DNA of 64,000 nt from Torpedo marmorata (GCA_977017645.1 OZ360246.1:20026001-20090000), one strand, 5' to 3'. Positions 1-13,940 are shown, counted from the first letter of the stretch. The notes: a model not told the origin generated them from the sequence alone. Numbers and translations are program-made.

Positions 1-395
1 CCCAGACTACCTGCAAATTGGAGGAACAACATCTCATTTTCCGTCTAGGCACTCTCCAGCCAGATGGCATTAACATTGACTTTTCTGCTTTCCACTAAAC
101 CTGCTTGTTGTTCCCTTCCCCTCCCCCCTCACCTGTCCTTCCTGTTTTTCTCCACCTACCCAGCCATCCCTCCTCCCCCTCTTTGCTTCTGTCCCCTCCC
201 TCCTTTCTCCACCTATCGTCTCCTGCCTTTGCCACCCCCCTTCCCCCCTCACTCTTTTGTTCGGACGCCTGCCGGCATTTTCTCATACTTTGATGAAGGG
301 CTCAAGCCCGAAACGTCGGTTATGTATTTCTACCTTTGCTACATAAAAGACACTGTTTGACCTGCTGAGTTTCTCCAGCATTTGTGTTTTTTACT
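1..395 (+). mobile_element. 3' end and terminal repeat of a Penelope-like element (truncated by the window edge)
   Basis: Near-identical to about 17685-18070. Encodes the GIY-YIG tail (LEEQHLIFRLGTLQPDGINIDF) followed by the hammerhead-like motif. Confidence 0.9.
283..324 (+). ncRNA. Minimal hammerhead-ribozyme-like motif in a PLE terminal repeat
   Basis: catact-TTGATGA-a-gggc-tcaa-gccc-GAAA-C-GTC-ggttatg: hammerhead core boxes, 4-bp stem II, GUC triplet, stem I pairing of cata-ct with gg-t-tatg. Confidence 0.65.
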
Positions 396-1425
396 AGAAA
401 CTATCATGAGGTGCCTGAGCTCAAATTTTTGGTTATAGGATACAGAGACTGTCATGAGGTGCCTGGGTTCAGAAGGTGGTTATGCGATGCCTTTTTTTCC
501 CCCATTCAATCATAAGTTGTGTCTATCACTACCAGGGCTGTCCTTTCATCAATCCAAGTAAACGGTAGGCTGTCCAGGAACGAAATAAGGAGAATGTTTT
601 TCACTTAAAGAGCAGCAAATCTTTGTAGCTCTTTTCCCTGGTGGCTTGTCGTTGATTACATTGAAAAGTGAGATTGATAGATTTCTGGACGTTAGAGGAG
701 CCATGGAAGATGGGGATGGGGCAGCAGGAGGACGGCCATGATCTTGCTGATGGGCTTCAGAGGCTGAATGGCCTATTTCTTATGTTCTTGCTCATCTCTC
801 TGAGAAGATGGTGAGCTGCCTTCTTGGGTCCTTCCAATCTGGCTGAAGAAAGTATTCCTAGAAAAGAGCTGCATATGGAGGCCGAAGGTTGAAGCTGAGT
901 GGCAACAAGGAAGAGCAACCTGTTTCCAAGAAAGAATGGTGTCTGACTTGGATAGGAACCTGGTGTCCTGTGAGATCAGTCATTGAGGTATTAATGAGTG
1001 ATACCACTTGGTGGCACTGTTGAGCACACTTTTCACGACTGCTGCTGATGAATGGTGCTGTACAGTAAGTACTTGATCAGTTTTGAATTTATTTATTCAT
1101 TACCAGAGGTGGTTATTGCTGGCAACCGCAGTATTTATTACCCATCCCTTTATTCTATAGTTTGTGTGCAAGACATCAATGTGAAAGCTTGTTCTAAAGC
1201 TACTTGTGACTTGCATATTTTGTATTCCAGGTGATTCTCAGACAGAGTAAGCTGGTGTCACTTATCTCCTCCCCAATGCTCTCACTCAACCAGGACTGCG
1301 TCTTTTGACATAGTACAGGATCAGGTGCCTCCAGACTTGTATGCATGGGTGTAAAAGGCACATCTGGGTTACTTTCCACCTAAGAGAAAGTGTGGCGATA
1401 TTGTAGGCCCAGTTTGGGTTTAGAC

Positions 1426-1678
1426 AAGCCTTTCTCAACGGGGGCCATATGGACCCCCTGGGGGGCCACAGCACATTTAAGGGGGATCACGAACTGATAA
1501 CATATTTTTTTGTTTTTTAAAAATATAATATTGTTTTTAAAAATATACAAAAGGTAGTCGGTGGGAGAGAAGTATGGAAGAAACCAGCTAAACTTGACTG
1601 CTTCACGAGGAAGGGGGCCCATAAACTTTGAGCAGAGTCCTAAGGGGGTCATAGCCAAAAAGAGGTTGAGAATGGCTG
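1426..1678. mobile_element. Non-autonomous hAT (Charlie-like) DNA transposon
   Basis: TIRs (a)agcctttctcaac ... gttgagaatggctg; flanking 8-mers gtttagac (1418-1425) and ttttagac (1679-1686) match at 7 of 8 positions and resemble the NTCTAGAN target. Confidence 0.75.
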
Positions 1679-2439
1679 TTTTAGACCATAATTAGAAAGT
1701 GGTCAAATGTTGTGTGGAGGCAGACTGCAGCTAGATGCAGTCTGTTGTTTAGACGTAAGACCGTGCTATGGAGGGTTAACAGGCCGAATGTTGTAATGGA
1801 GTGTCTGGATAGTGACTGTGCTTCCAGACATTCTGTTAGTAGGCTGAGGTGATGGGTGTCTAGACGTCGACTGTAGTTGTGGGATGCTGGTTTGAGTTTG
1901 TGGATGTGAGGTGTCCAGACCGAGACTATGGCTTTACAGAACTGCATTTGGTTTTGTGCACTACATCTTGGGAAGGATATATTAGTCAGGCTGTGCTGAA
2001 CGATAACTGACCACTCCAAAGTGAGATTCGGTTGGCTGGGTCTCTGTGTGTCTCAGATTCTGCAAGCACATGGTGGAAGGCACATTGGATTGTCGCCTCT
2101 GTGCTGGACTTTCCCCCGAGCCCAGCAGTGAAGCAGTGACATGCTGAGGAAAGAGTTTGGATGTTCTCTGCATCTACCCTCAGCTGTACTGCAGGGAGAG
2201 TGGACACCTCCAGACAACTAACTTTGTGGAAGATGGTCACTGTATTCACTTTATGCTGATCATACTACAAGAATTTTCATGTGTTTCAATTGAATTATTT
2301 TTTAAAAATAATATCAATCTATGAGTAAATATTTAAATATGTCCATCACAGACATTTAAAACTGTTCCAAAATCTTTGAGAGCCAGCGAGCTGTCAAAGG
2401 CTATCATTGTCTTTTGGGATCAAGGTCCCAGGACATAGT

Positions 2440-3080
2440 CACAAGATCACAAGATTTCGGAGCAGAAGCAGGCCCACTGGCCCATCGAGTCTGCTCCGCC
2501 ATTCTAATCATGAGCTGATCCATCCTCCCACTCAGCCCCACTCCCCGGCTTTCTCCCCGTAACCCTTGATGCCCTGACTAATCAAATACCTGTCAATCTC
2601 TGCCTTAAATACACCCAACGACCTCGCTTCCACAGCTGCCTGTGATAACAAGTCCCACAGACTCACGACCCTCTGACTAAAGAAATTTTTCCACATCTCT
2701 GTTTTAAATTGACGCCCTTTTATCGTGAAGTTATCACCTACCATGAGAAACATCCTTGCCTCATCAACTCCTTCCAGGCCTTTCAACATTCGAAATGTCT
2801 CTATGAGGTCCCCTCTTATCCCTATGTACTCCAACGAGAACAGTCCAAGAGCCAACAATCGTTTCTCATATGCTAACCCTTTCATTCCTGGTATCATTCT
2901 AGTAAACCTTCTCTGAACGCTCTCCAAAGCTAGCACGTCTTTTCTCAAATAAGGCGCCCAAAACTGTACACAGTACTCCAAGTGAGGTCTCACCAGTGCT
3001 TTATAGAGTCTCAACATTTCATCCCTGCTCTTGTTTGCTATTCCTCTAGAAATGAATGGCAACATTGCATTTGACTTCTT
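2440..3080 (-). mobile_element. CR1 LINE 3' fragment
   Basis: ORF 2532-3065 contains LYKALVRPHLEYCVQFWAP...RGDLIE...FFSQRVV (CR1 ORF2 C-terminus). Tandem tail (atcttgtg)2 near 2440-2456. Confidence 0.9.
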
Positions 3081-3329
3081 CTCACAGGCAGAGCCTGCTG
3101 CACCTCACCAGTCTCCTGCGGGGTGTGGAAGGTTGGCTGGTTTGCCCCTTGCACCCAGGAAGTGTAAATGTGGGTTGTTAGAGACGACACCTCTGGATCC
3201 AGGACGATGTAGCCCCAGTGACCTTGGAAGAAGTGTACAGAAATTCCATCAGAATGATCTGGGATTTAAAGGAGGAGAGGCTGCAATGGTGAGAGCTGGT
3301 CTAGTCTAGTGGTTTAAATGATATCAAGG

Positions 3330-5205
3330 ATTCCGTGGGGTGGACTGGAGAAACATTTACCTCTGGTGCGGAAAATCCAGTACAAGGGTGCTCGAGATTG
3401 GTGCCAAGGGATTCAGGAGTGAAATGAGAAACACATTTTCACATGACAGGTAATGGAAATTAGAATTCATGACCACAAAGCAGGAATATTCTGGGCATCA
3501 GCAGACATTTACAGAAGTTCACAGATGTTTGTTGATAGAATGCATTATAGGGTAGGGACCACGTAGGAAAAATTGGGTCCACTAGCTATTTGATCCACAA
3601 ACTTACGCTTAGCTACAATCAGCCACAACCTAACTGAATGGCACAGATTCAAAGGGCTGAATGGCCTAGCGCCATTCCTATACGTTTCCAATCAATGCCC
3701 AGTGACTCTCTTCTGTACAAACTGGCTAAGGGCAGAAACTGCATTGCACTGTGATATTTCACACAGTAGATATCCTCGCTGATGGACGTGTACGGTTTCT
3801 GATAGAAGATATTCAATTTAGTTTTTATTGGAATTTACATAAAATGAGTGGCAAAATCCATCCGGGCCTGTGAAGATGGACCTCCAGGTGAGTCCGGGTG
3901 CCTGTGGAGTTAGGACAATAAGGTGCTGGTGGTGATGGGGTGGTGGTGAGGAGGGTGAGGAGGAACAGATTTGTGCAGAGTTCCAGAGGTGTGGCCCTGG
4001 GAAGAAATATCACAGCTCTGGCCCGTGGATTTGATGGAGATTGAACCTGGGGACTGTGTGTAAAGGAATATATGAAGGTAGTAAAACATGTTTGTGAGAT
4101 TCTTAAAGTGCCATGCAGAATCTTGTGCTTCAGACATAAGAACAAGAAAATGTGAGCAAGAGTGGGCCCCTCGGCTCCTCAAGCTCTCCACTATTCAATT
4201 TGATCATGGCTGGCTGACCCCAGCCTCTCCTCTTTTGTCTCAGTTCCACATGGCCTCTGATCTTTCAAAAAAACAACTATTTCCTCTTTAAATACCTCCA
4301 ATGATCCAGCATCCATAATCCTCCAGGGTAGAGAACTCCAGAGATTCACCACCGTCCTTGTGAAAGAGTTCCTATGCACCAGTTTTAAATAACCACCCTC
4401 TAATCTTGCAACTATGGCCCCTCATTTGAGATCCTGCCACTGGTAGAAGCCCTTTGACATCTACTCTGTCTTGCTTCCTTAGGACCTGATATTTTTCAAT
4501 AACATCAATCCTCATTTCCCAAACTCCAAATTATATCATCTAATTTCTTTAGCGATTTGAGATAGGGCAAGCCCTCTTATCCCCGGATTTAGCCATGTGA
4601 ACACTTTACGACTGCCTTCCATGCCATTGTATCATTTATTAACTAAGTGACAGAGATAGGCATAGAGGCCAAAAGCGGGGGAATTATGCAAAACACTTGT
4701 TGGGTCCCATCTGGGAAACTGTGGTCAATCTGGTCACCGTACTTTAGGAAGGACATCAAGGCCTTGGAGAAAGTGCAGGGGAAATTTTCTAGAATAGCTA
4801 AGGAATGAATGAGAATATGTGGAGAGAATGGAGAAGCTGTCATTTTTTTTTAAGAACAGAGAGATTTAAGTAAGGTGCTTGAGTAGTTTTGATAAAGTAA
4901 ATGAAAAATTGTTTCTGGCTAGTAAATGGGTTGGTAAAGAGTGAATACCAATAAACATATCAAAAAATAGAGGGGAGAGAAACAGAATTACCTTCTGCAA
5001 CCAGAATACATTGCCTGAAAAGGTGGTGGAAATAGATTTAACAGTAACTTTCAACAGGGAATCAGATAAATATTAAAAGGGCTAAGTGGAAGAAACATTG
5101 AAGAAGTTCTGGGAGGTGGGGGTGGGGTGTTGGCTGAACTTTCAAAGAGCCAACAGAGGCAGGATGGGCTGATCGGCCTCCTTCCATGTTGTCGTATGCT
5201 ATGGA
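3330..5205. mobile_element. Cluster of degraded CR1 3' fragments in both orientations (about 3330-3690 +, 4135-4640 -, 4700-5205 +)
   Basis: Recognisable CR1 3' motifs such as NSFTRTVVNLWSSLP and gggctgaatggcct; boundaries approximate. Confidence 0.6.
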
Positions 5206-5905
5206 TTCCAAACTGCACAGGTAAATCCAATGAGTGGTATTTAGCCTGTGCACAGGCTGCATGTAAAGGGTATGACTGACTGCTTGCCCTCAGGCACTCG
5301 GTATTGGCAATAAACGATAGCACTATTTATTTGAGATTTATATCAACTACACATGTCCGTTCACATCCAGAGGCAAGTGTGGGGAGGTCAGAGGGCACTG
5401 TATGTGCTCGGTGAAAGGGAAAGCTGCTATTGATCCAGCCAGCTCCTGCAGAAGGTTTCAATTTAACGGCAGGAGCTAAAGACATTAGGAGCGGCTGCAG
5501 AGGGAGCGTGGAGAATCCAAGCTGGGGTCGAAAAGGACAGTACAAGGGCAGGACAATGAGGACGGTGGGGGTAGGAGGGGTGAGTGGGGGATGGAAGGAA
5601 GAACCTCTGAACCCATCAAGGACAAGAGCTGTGTCACCAGGAAGCTGCTATTAGTTTAACATCAGGACTACAGGACTGGTCAGCAAGAGTTTCAGTTACC
5701 ATTCTTCACCGTGAAACGTTTTTTCTATATAACTATATGTTAGTATTCTATCAGATTCTAAAGCTAACTTATACCCCATCAAACATTACATCACGTGCTA
5801 AAACTTTGAAACAAATGGGAAGCCTCAATATATTCAACCTTGATTGCTAGTTTCCTTTTAGCTGTGCAGAGATAATTTTTCCCCCGCTTTCCCCCTCTCT
5901 TCCTC

Positions 5906-5908
5906 TTT

Positions 5909-5946
<38 letters not shown>

Positions 5947-5968
5947 ACATGCGCACACGCACACGCGC
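5906..5968. repeat. (CT)n(CA)n microsatellite
   Basis: Dinucleotide runs visible directly. Confidence 0.9.
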
Positions 5969-6149
5969 TCAGAATTCAAAGGATGAGGAAGACGAGTGAT
6001 AATCCTGCACAACTGCATTGCAAAATATACTACTACCTTGCCAATGCATTCATTCTGATCCAGAACACCCTTCACTCAACATCTGGGACAGCACATTCTC
6101 CAGTGTAACTCTGTAATCTAACACACTCCTCACCCTGATATTGGGTGCT

Positions 6150-6540
6150 TCTCACCGTATAAGCCTTGAATGAACAACAGACACGGTTGTTGGGCATTCC
6201 CTCAGGGTAAAGGGTGACTTTCTTGCATTCCAATTTTGTGGGTTTTGAGGTGGCTCATACAGTCCATGTACGAGCTGAAAACTCTTCCAGAGATGGGCAG
6301 GTGGGTGGTTTACAAAGTAGTGATGTGCTCTTTTCACTGCTTACACAGGGCTTCTCAACACCATCCTGAATGCTCCTACTCCATCCAGTGCACTCATGGG
6401 CCAGAGATTCCCAGGAATCAGTTGTTGCATTCTTCAAGGAAGCTTTGAATCTTTTCCTCTGTCCATCTGGTAATGTCTTCTCATGTCAGGGTTCGAAGTA
6501 GAATGTCTATTTCTGGTGTATGGTGTTTCTGACACCTCGA
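6150..6540 (-). mobile_element. RTE-clade LINE 3' fragment
   Basis: The minus strand encodes GQRKRFKASLKNATTDSWESLAHECTGWSRSIQDG, resembling the C-terminus of RTE/BovB-type ORFs. Confidence 0.6.
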
Positions 6541-7358
6541 TGTAATGTATAATGTAACACACCACTCACTGTATCACTATAACACATATCTCAGAGTAAG
6601 TCTCTCTCAAATATCCCTCACTGTAACTCTGATATAACACATCATTCATATTAACACTGATAAAAATGGCTCATTCTTGTAATATTCAATCTAACACATG
6701 GATTTAACTCATTAGTAAATGTAAGTCCTTCTGATGTAATATGTCACTCAATGTAACACTATATACCCTTCGCTGCTGGAATACAACCCTTGGTGTATCA
6801 TGGTTTAGCTCAATGGCTGGTAAATAACTCAATAGCTCTGGGTAAACTCCATCAGTTAGAGACACATTTTAGTCCATGATCTAAATGCTGATCTTGTTCT
6901 TACAAAATCTTGGATTTTGAGATATTTCTGATGTTCTACATAAATTTTGTCAGCAGGAGTTGGTGGCATCAAGTGGGAAGACAGGAAAGGATGGGTCATT
7001 TGGGTCTTTCTTAATGTTCAATTGTTTTCAGGTTCTCACTCAATGTGGCCAGCTCCTTTAACTTGAGGACCCTCCAGTCATACCCCCAACAAGCGCAGTG
7101 CTGATGGGAGAGAGGTGGGGAAAAGGGGGGGGGGAGGTTTAACAGCTCTGGGCTCATGTACCCTGTCCAGCAGGGCAGTGATCAGAGGATATCTAGCAAT
7201 ATTCCATCCCAATGAGCCCTGGTCCTTATTGCTCTCTGTTGGCTGAGGTAGACTCTCTCTGCATAGACTTTGTGAGGCTCTACGCCATGTCGCTGCCCTT
7301 GCCCCCCCCCACCCCTCCCCCGCCCCTCCCAGAGATGGTTTCAGCAGGCAATGCTTAC

Positions 7359-7605
7359 TCTGTCCATACTGAGTGTATTGATAGCCAGGCACGGGGTCCA
7401 TGCTGTATCCAGATGTACTGTAGGCGGGTGTGCAGTAAGACTGAGAGGTGGGCAGACTCTCCACTGCCTTGATGGAGTCGGAGCGCTGGCTACAGCTGGC
7501 GGACAGTGGGTTTGAAGTGTCCAGGCTCCCGTGCAGTGGGGAAATGGAGAAGTCGTGCTGTGGTTGAGTGGAGACTGCTCCGGGGTTACTCAGGATGCTC
7601 ATCAC
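7359..7605 (-). CDS. pax7: Pax7 coding exon (equivalent to human exon 8), transactivation region
   Basis: tttctgcag|GTG ATG AGC... gives [82 protein letters not shown]+A|gtaagc. 247 bp, phase 0 to phase 1, with a polypyrimidine tract upstream. The terminal OAR-containing exon was not found in the window. Confidence 0.95.
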
Positions 7606-9099
7606 CTGCAGAAAGGAGACCAAGAGTGGCAGGGAGAGAGAGAAAACAAGAGAGGAATGGTTAGTGGAAAGAAAGACACATGCCTCCAACCTATGCCATC
7701 GGTGGGGGTGGTAAAGGGAATTATAATGGGAGAGGAGGGATAGTGAATGGAGGGATGAGAGGTAGGAGGGGTTGGCGAAGGGATTCAGTGAGGTTGAGTA
7801 GGGAGTTAGGAAGAAGGAGAAGGGGAAAGAGGGAGGATGATGCAGATCATGGGGTTTGAGGTGCTACAGAGAGTTGAGAAGGAAGGGAGAGGGAAAAGCA
7901 AGGGTTTGAACCCAGTATTTCACAACATTATTAACCCCAACCCCAGCAATGGGGTGGTCTAGGTGTGCTGGTAACATTGCACCTTTGGCCCATCCACCAT
8001 CCAGTGACTTGGTGGCAGAACAGGTGAGGAGAGGATCAGGCTTCGTCGTGAATGTACGAAGAATGGCAGGTTGAGTGCATGAGGAAAGGGATAGGGATGT
8101 GGATAAGATCCTGTTGATGGAGTGATGGGATGGGATGGGAAAAGGGGGAATGTGGGACAGGGGAAATGAGGGCATGGTAGCAATAGGGGAATTGGGTAGG
8201 AAAGGTAGATTAGGAAACTGATTGATGGAATGGGGATGAGGATTGGGAGGTTTTGTATGGCAGGATGGGGATGTGAGATCATTGGACAGGGTAAGGAGTT
8301 CAGATGGTGGAAATGGGGATAGAAGGAAAGGTGTTGGGAAATAGGGATGGAGGAGATGGGATTGAGGACTGGGGATGGTGATGGGATGGCTAACAAAAAT
8401 TAGCGTGCAGATCAAACACAAGGAGTAAAATGCAAACCCAAAGAGTAAAACACAAGCTCTCAGCCAGCTTTACACCAAAATACAAATTAATGATCACATT
8501 AAACACAAACAATATTGGACAGGGAATTAAAAAGAACCTTTTGGCCACAGTTTGTTCCTTTCCCTATCCAGATGTGAATGTGCAAAGCAAAGATGTTGGT
8601 TCCTGAGTAGAAATCAAACAGTGTGCAACATCTGCAAAGTTTTATCCGATCAGTACTGGGTGGGTGGGGGGAGCAGAGGGCATTGGGAACTCCAGGTTGG
8701 TTAGCTGTCAATCACACAGACTGACAGGGCTCGTCTAAAATCACAAACAGACTGTAGTGATTACTGCTGGTGGACAGAGACAGTTTTGCTCCCTGATCAA
8801 GGCTCTGCTCTGAGTTTTTCCAGGCTGAATAACTGGGCTTTTCCGTAGGTTGGAGAGGATGGTGTACGAGATAAATCCAAGAGGTAAGGATAAACTCAGC
8901 GTCTCACTGAAAGGTACGCAAAGTACCCTCAGGGCACCTCACACTTTCCCTGCGAGATAGTCATTCTTTGAGGGGAAAAAAGTAATTAATTTTGGCAACT
9001 TCAGAGCCAACAGCCTGAGGGAGTGCTAATCCCACAAGGACCATTACTTAACCCACGCAAACAGCCCTGGCTGTTAAACAACAAGCTATCTGTTCCACT

Positions 9100-9410
9100 T
9101 ACATGTGCTCCTGCTAAAGAGGGAGTTGCTCTGTTAGGCGCCCTTATAAAGAGGATCTCACTGTCGGGACTTCTTGGGGAAAAAAATTGTACTGTGAGGA
9201 CCCCATAAAGAGGGGGGAACCCATATAAAAAGAGGTCTCACTGGGAGGATCCCTGTTAAAGAGGGAATCTCTCTGTCAGGACCCCTCATAATGAGGTCGT
9301 TGCACAGAAAGACGACTGCAGTTTGAAGACCCCTTAAAAATAAGTAGTCACACTGTTGCGACCCTTATGAGAGAGAGTGTCATTGTCGGAGCCTCCGATA
9401 AAGAGGGAAT
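9100..9410. repeat. Degenerate tandem repeat of about 35 bp (ctgtnnggacccc..ataaagaggg)
   Basis: The motif recurs about 8 times. Confidence 0.6.
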
Positions 9411-12109
9411 CAGTTACAGTGAATTGGGGAAGATTATTGAGTGATAGTGTGAGGGAGCTGCCTTAACAACAATGGAGATACTGTCAGAAGTTGGGAGTGC
9501 TGGGAGGGGGTGGTGGTGGAGTTAATCCAGCTCTCTCTAACTGTCGCTCGGTAACCCCTTTCCCAATGAGCTGAGGATCTGAACCTTCAGAAGAGGAGGG
9601 CTGGGGATATCACTTTCACTTTCTAAAAAATAATTTTGTGGAAGTATCTGAAATGTTCCCTCAGCCTGAAAATTGATAGCTGCAAAAATGCCAAATGAAA
9701 GTGTTCCTCTAACTCACCAATAATCCGTTTTTTATTCACTCGTTACTTGCACAGATTTCTCATGGAATATCAGCCTGCTGTTCTATGGATAAAATTCCAA
9801 AGGTTTTTTTTTTGGTCTGTAATGTTATTAAAACATTGTCTAAAATGCAAGCTGTGAATGGTTGATGCATGGGATCACTTCACCACTCAGCAATGTGACA
9901 AGGGGCTGCAGACCAGCTCTTTACATTCCCACCCAGATACACTTTCACTCTTTGGCAGGGCCTGGAGATTCATAAAACTAACCAGCCAAATTCAGGCTAC
10001 CATCAGCTCTCCCACTAATCACTACATTAGGGGACTATAGAATATCAAGGGCTGTTATTTAAATGGCTTAATAATGCCCAAACACAGAGAGGAATCTCTG
10101 TTTATTTGCTCCCACAATGTGATGTAGTAGAGATGTGTTTCCATCTGATTCTTGGTTCTATCTGAACATTGTAAACTCCAGTAGCAGGAATCTGAAGGGA
10201 GTGCTGCACTGTTGTAGTTTTTTTATATCGCCCGCTCTTCTACAGATTGTAAACTACTTCTGTTTACGTGAAGAGCAATAGTGCAATGCTTGGAAATGTG
10301 TATATCCTTACAAGACTTAAATTTGCTTTGTTAATTGCCACGTTAGTGTAATGTACTCTATGTTATGCAAAAGGTTTAGTGCTCAGAGAACACAGCACTA
10401 TACAGCACCCAATGCAAGGGCAACGCTGAAGGACTTCAGCACAATGTCAGGCAACGCTCCATTTCTGTGAGTCAATTTGGAGGGAAATATGCACTGTTGG
10501 GAAGCAGAACGATGGGAGATCAGGAGGGGCAGCACTGAAAGATTGATGTCTGGGTGGGGGAACAATTGAGTCAGTACTGCAATGTCAATGGGACAGATCG
10601 ATGGGAGATATCTGACCTGTCATATTTCAAGAGTGCTCCACTGTCAAAGTGAGTACAGTACCGAGGGAGAGCTGCACAGTTGGTGGGTCACTGCTGAGTA
10701 CCAGAAGGTCAGCAATGAGAAAATGCTGCATGATTGAAGACCTCTTTATTCAGGTGAAGCAATGAAATGACTGCCCTCCATCTGCATTTTGGTCTCACCA
10801 AAGCAACCAATATCCCACTGCTGCTGATGGAATCTTGTTGAACTGGCTGCCTCAATTAATAACAAACCAGTTGTCACTGTTTTCTTCTCTCTGCTGAGAG
10901 ATGGCCAACATGACTGCTGTGTCGCTGCAAGAACAAGTTATTGTAAATTGTTCACTAACCTGAGTGAATATTTCGAGGTAGCAACAGAAAGAACAAATGA
11001 TGGAAATGTAGATACAATATGATTGGATTTTCAAAACGCCTTTAATAAGTATACCACATTGTGGAATTATAACCAAAGCCAGGGGATAGAAAAACACATG
11101 AAAACAGGATCAGGAGTGGGCCCCTCAATGTTCATTGATCTGCCCCAGACCTCGTCTCCTCTCCTGTGCCAGCTTCCCATTGCCCTCCGTTCCCGATCGT
11201 TCAAAATGTTTTTACTTCCTTTTTAAACGCCCACAATGATCTGGCCTTCACAACCCTCCAGAGGAAAGAAAGGGTGGGAAATAGATTAAATAGTCAAATG
11301 GTTCTATTAAGTAAGTGGATTCAAAATAGTAAGCAGTGACTGGTGTTTACATGGGTACTCAGACTGGTATTCCATAAGGATTGATGCTAGGATCGTTGTT
11401 GTTCATAATTTATATCTATGATCCATAGATGCTATAAATTGGGGGATGTAGGTAATACAGGGGGTGGTGATAATATACAGGAAACTGATCAAATGGGTAT
11501 GCAATTGGTCAATTAACAAATTATCTTCAAATATAATTGTATGGGGTAATACTCTTTGATCGGAAGAATAATTAGAAAACATGCTTTTTCAAAAGTAAAT
11601 GTGGTGGAGGAATGCACAGATACACAATCATTAATAGTGTCAAAACAGGTCCATAAGGTCTTAAAAAAGTAAACAAAGCACAAGGGTGACTCTCTATTGG
11701 AACAGAATGGAGAGATTGATTGTTCTGTTAAACGGGTAAATCCCTGACGTCTCCCTTAAATTTTCCTCCCCTCGCATTACACAGATGTCCTCTGGTATTT
11801 GCTACTGTCGCCCTGGGAAAAAAGTGATGGCTGTCCACGCTATCTATGCTTCTCATAGGAGGAAGTGATGTCTGCTGGAGGAGCTTGAGCTCCAGGTGTT
11901 GGCATTTGACCTTCAGCTGGCATCCATGTAGTGATCTCTCAAGGTTGGTGCTGTTCGTATTCCCCAAGAAAACATTGCCCTCAGTAATCAGAAGCACTCA
12001 GAGACCAGGAGCTCTGTGCTAACATGTTTCAAGAGATGGTCACCCCACAGCTTAAGTGTAAAGCTTAAAGTCAGAGGGAATACAGACAAGGAGGACCAGA
12101 TAGGTAGCA

Positions 12110-12670
12110 CAGGAGTGAAAACACAATGCTGGAGAAACTCAGCAGGTCAAACAGTGTACTTTATAGAGCAAAGATAAAGATACATAACCAACATTTCGGG
12201 CTTGAGCTCTTCATCAAGGTATGAGCAAAATGTTGGCAAGCGTCCGAACAAAATGATGGGGGGGGAGGGGCAAGGGGAGGAGCACAGTCCCACAGGCAGG
12301 AAGTAATAGGTGGATAAGGGAGGGAGGGCACACCAGCAAACTAGGGGGAGGGGGATGGCTCTGTGAATGGAGAGGGGATGGGGTGGAGAGCTGGAGGAAA
12401 GAAGACAGAGGGATGGGGAAGAGAGGGAGAATGGAGAGTAGGCTAGCAGAAACTGGAGGTCGATATTAATGCCATCCGGTTGGAGAGTGCCCAGATGGAA
12501 AATTCGGTCTTGCTCCTCCAATTTACGGGTGGTCTTGGTGGGACAGTACATGAGGCCATGGACAGACATGTCAGCATGGGAGTGGGGCACAGAATTGAAA
12601 TGGTTGGCTATTGGGAGATCCCTGTCATTGATGCAGACAGGTTAATACCATCTGGTTGGAGAGTGCCCAG
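12110..12670 (-). mobile_element. Penelope-like element 3' fragment with hammerhead-like motif
   Basis: ORF 12147-12590 begins HSHADMSVHGLMYCPTKTTRKLEEQ..FHLGTLQPDGINID, homologous to the end of the element at about 17.6-17.8 kb. Reverse-complement core motif at about 12190-12217. Confidence 0.85.
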
Positions 12671-13169
12671 AAGTGCATCTTAGTGCATCTTGTTGCTTCT
12701 GATCACTGATGAGATCAATGGGCAGCAAAGTCAGAGTCAGTCTTTGACGAAGGTGGTAGGTCAGTTCTGTAAGGGAATCTACAGTGATAGGGATTTCAAC
12801 CATTTGGGAGATAGGTGGGGCATTTCTGCAGCTGCTGATGTGATTCTGGAAATAGACATGGTTGCTTGGTACCACGGCCAAGGACGTTAATGAGTAACTG
12901 CAGACAATTAAGAGGGTAATTGACAGGGTAGATGGTAGAAAGTGTTTTCCCCAAAGCAGAGGAGGGGATGTCAGGAAGATTTATTTTCTCTGAGGTTAGT
13001 TGGAGGCTGGAATGCATTGCCTGAGGGGTGGTGAGGACAAGTACTCTGATAATATTTTTTAAATACCCAGATAAGTGCTTGAATTGCCCATACATAGAAG
13101 GCTCCAGACCAAGTGCTGGTAAATGGGATGAGCATAGATGGGTAGTTGATGATCAGTATGGGCCTATAG

Positions 13170-13530
13170 CAACACACAAAGCGCTGGAGCAATTCAGCAG
13201 ACCAGGCAGCATCCATGGAAACCAATAAACAGTTGATGTTTAGGGCCGAAAACCCTTCATCATAAATAGCAAGAACTGGCGGACACCTGAATAAAAGGTT
13301 GGGGGGGGGCACAGGCTTGCAGGTGATGTGAATACAGGTGGGAGGGGGAAGAGGAGAAAGGACCTAAGAGGTGATAGGGGGAAGGGGCAGAAAAATGAGA
13401 AAGATGCACTCTGATAGGAGGAAGGTTGGGAAGAGGGTGGGGGGGCTGGAGGAAGGAAGGTGTCGGTGACAAGGCAGGCAGGTAGGGAGAGTGGAAAGAG
13501 AAGGAAAACGGCTTGTTTCTGTGTGCATGA
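13170..13530 (-). mobile_element. Degenerate PLE terminal repeat
   Basis: Reverse complement reads tatgatgaagggttttcggccctaaacatc...gatgctgcctggtctgctgaattgctccagc, same architecture as the other copies. Confidence 0.6.
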
Positions 13531-13572
13531 CTCCACAAATCTAACATTGGGAGGGGAGGGGATAATCTAAAG

Positions 13573-13940
13573 CAGTGGTTTTCAAACTTTTTCTTTCCAC
13601 TCACATACCACCTTAAGTAATCCCTATGCCTCTGTGATTTGTAAGGGATTACTTAAGGTGGTATGTGAGTGGAAAGAAAAAGTTTGAAAACCACTGTTTT
13701 AATCGTACCTAATTGACTCGTTATGTGCACGGTTTCATAACTCCAAAGGAAATGGGCCAATGACAATTTTTCTCAAGCAAAATATTTCAGTGACAATTGG
13801 GTCTAGAGCAGTGGTTCTCAACCTTCCCTTCCCACTCACATACCACTTTAAGTAATCCCTTACTAATCACAGAGCACCTATGGCGTAGGGATTACTTAAA
13901 GATGGTATGTGAGTGGAAAGAAAAAGTTTGAAAACCACTG
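13573..13940. mobile_element. Composite hAT-Charlie (MER5-like) MITE: two palindromic units, 13573-13696 and 13809-13940
   Basis: Each unit is cagtggtt(t/c)tcaa...ccactcacatacca...tggtatgtgagtgg...ttgaaaaccactg. Outer flanks are atctaaag (13565-13572) and ctctaaag (13941-13948). Confidence 0.85.

Noticed and set aside
7864-8421. Pro/Ser/Leu-rich ORFs (also near 23.9, 32.5, 39.1 and 50 kb)
   Set aside because: Translations of purine/pyrimidine-skewed low-complexity tracts.
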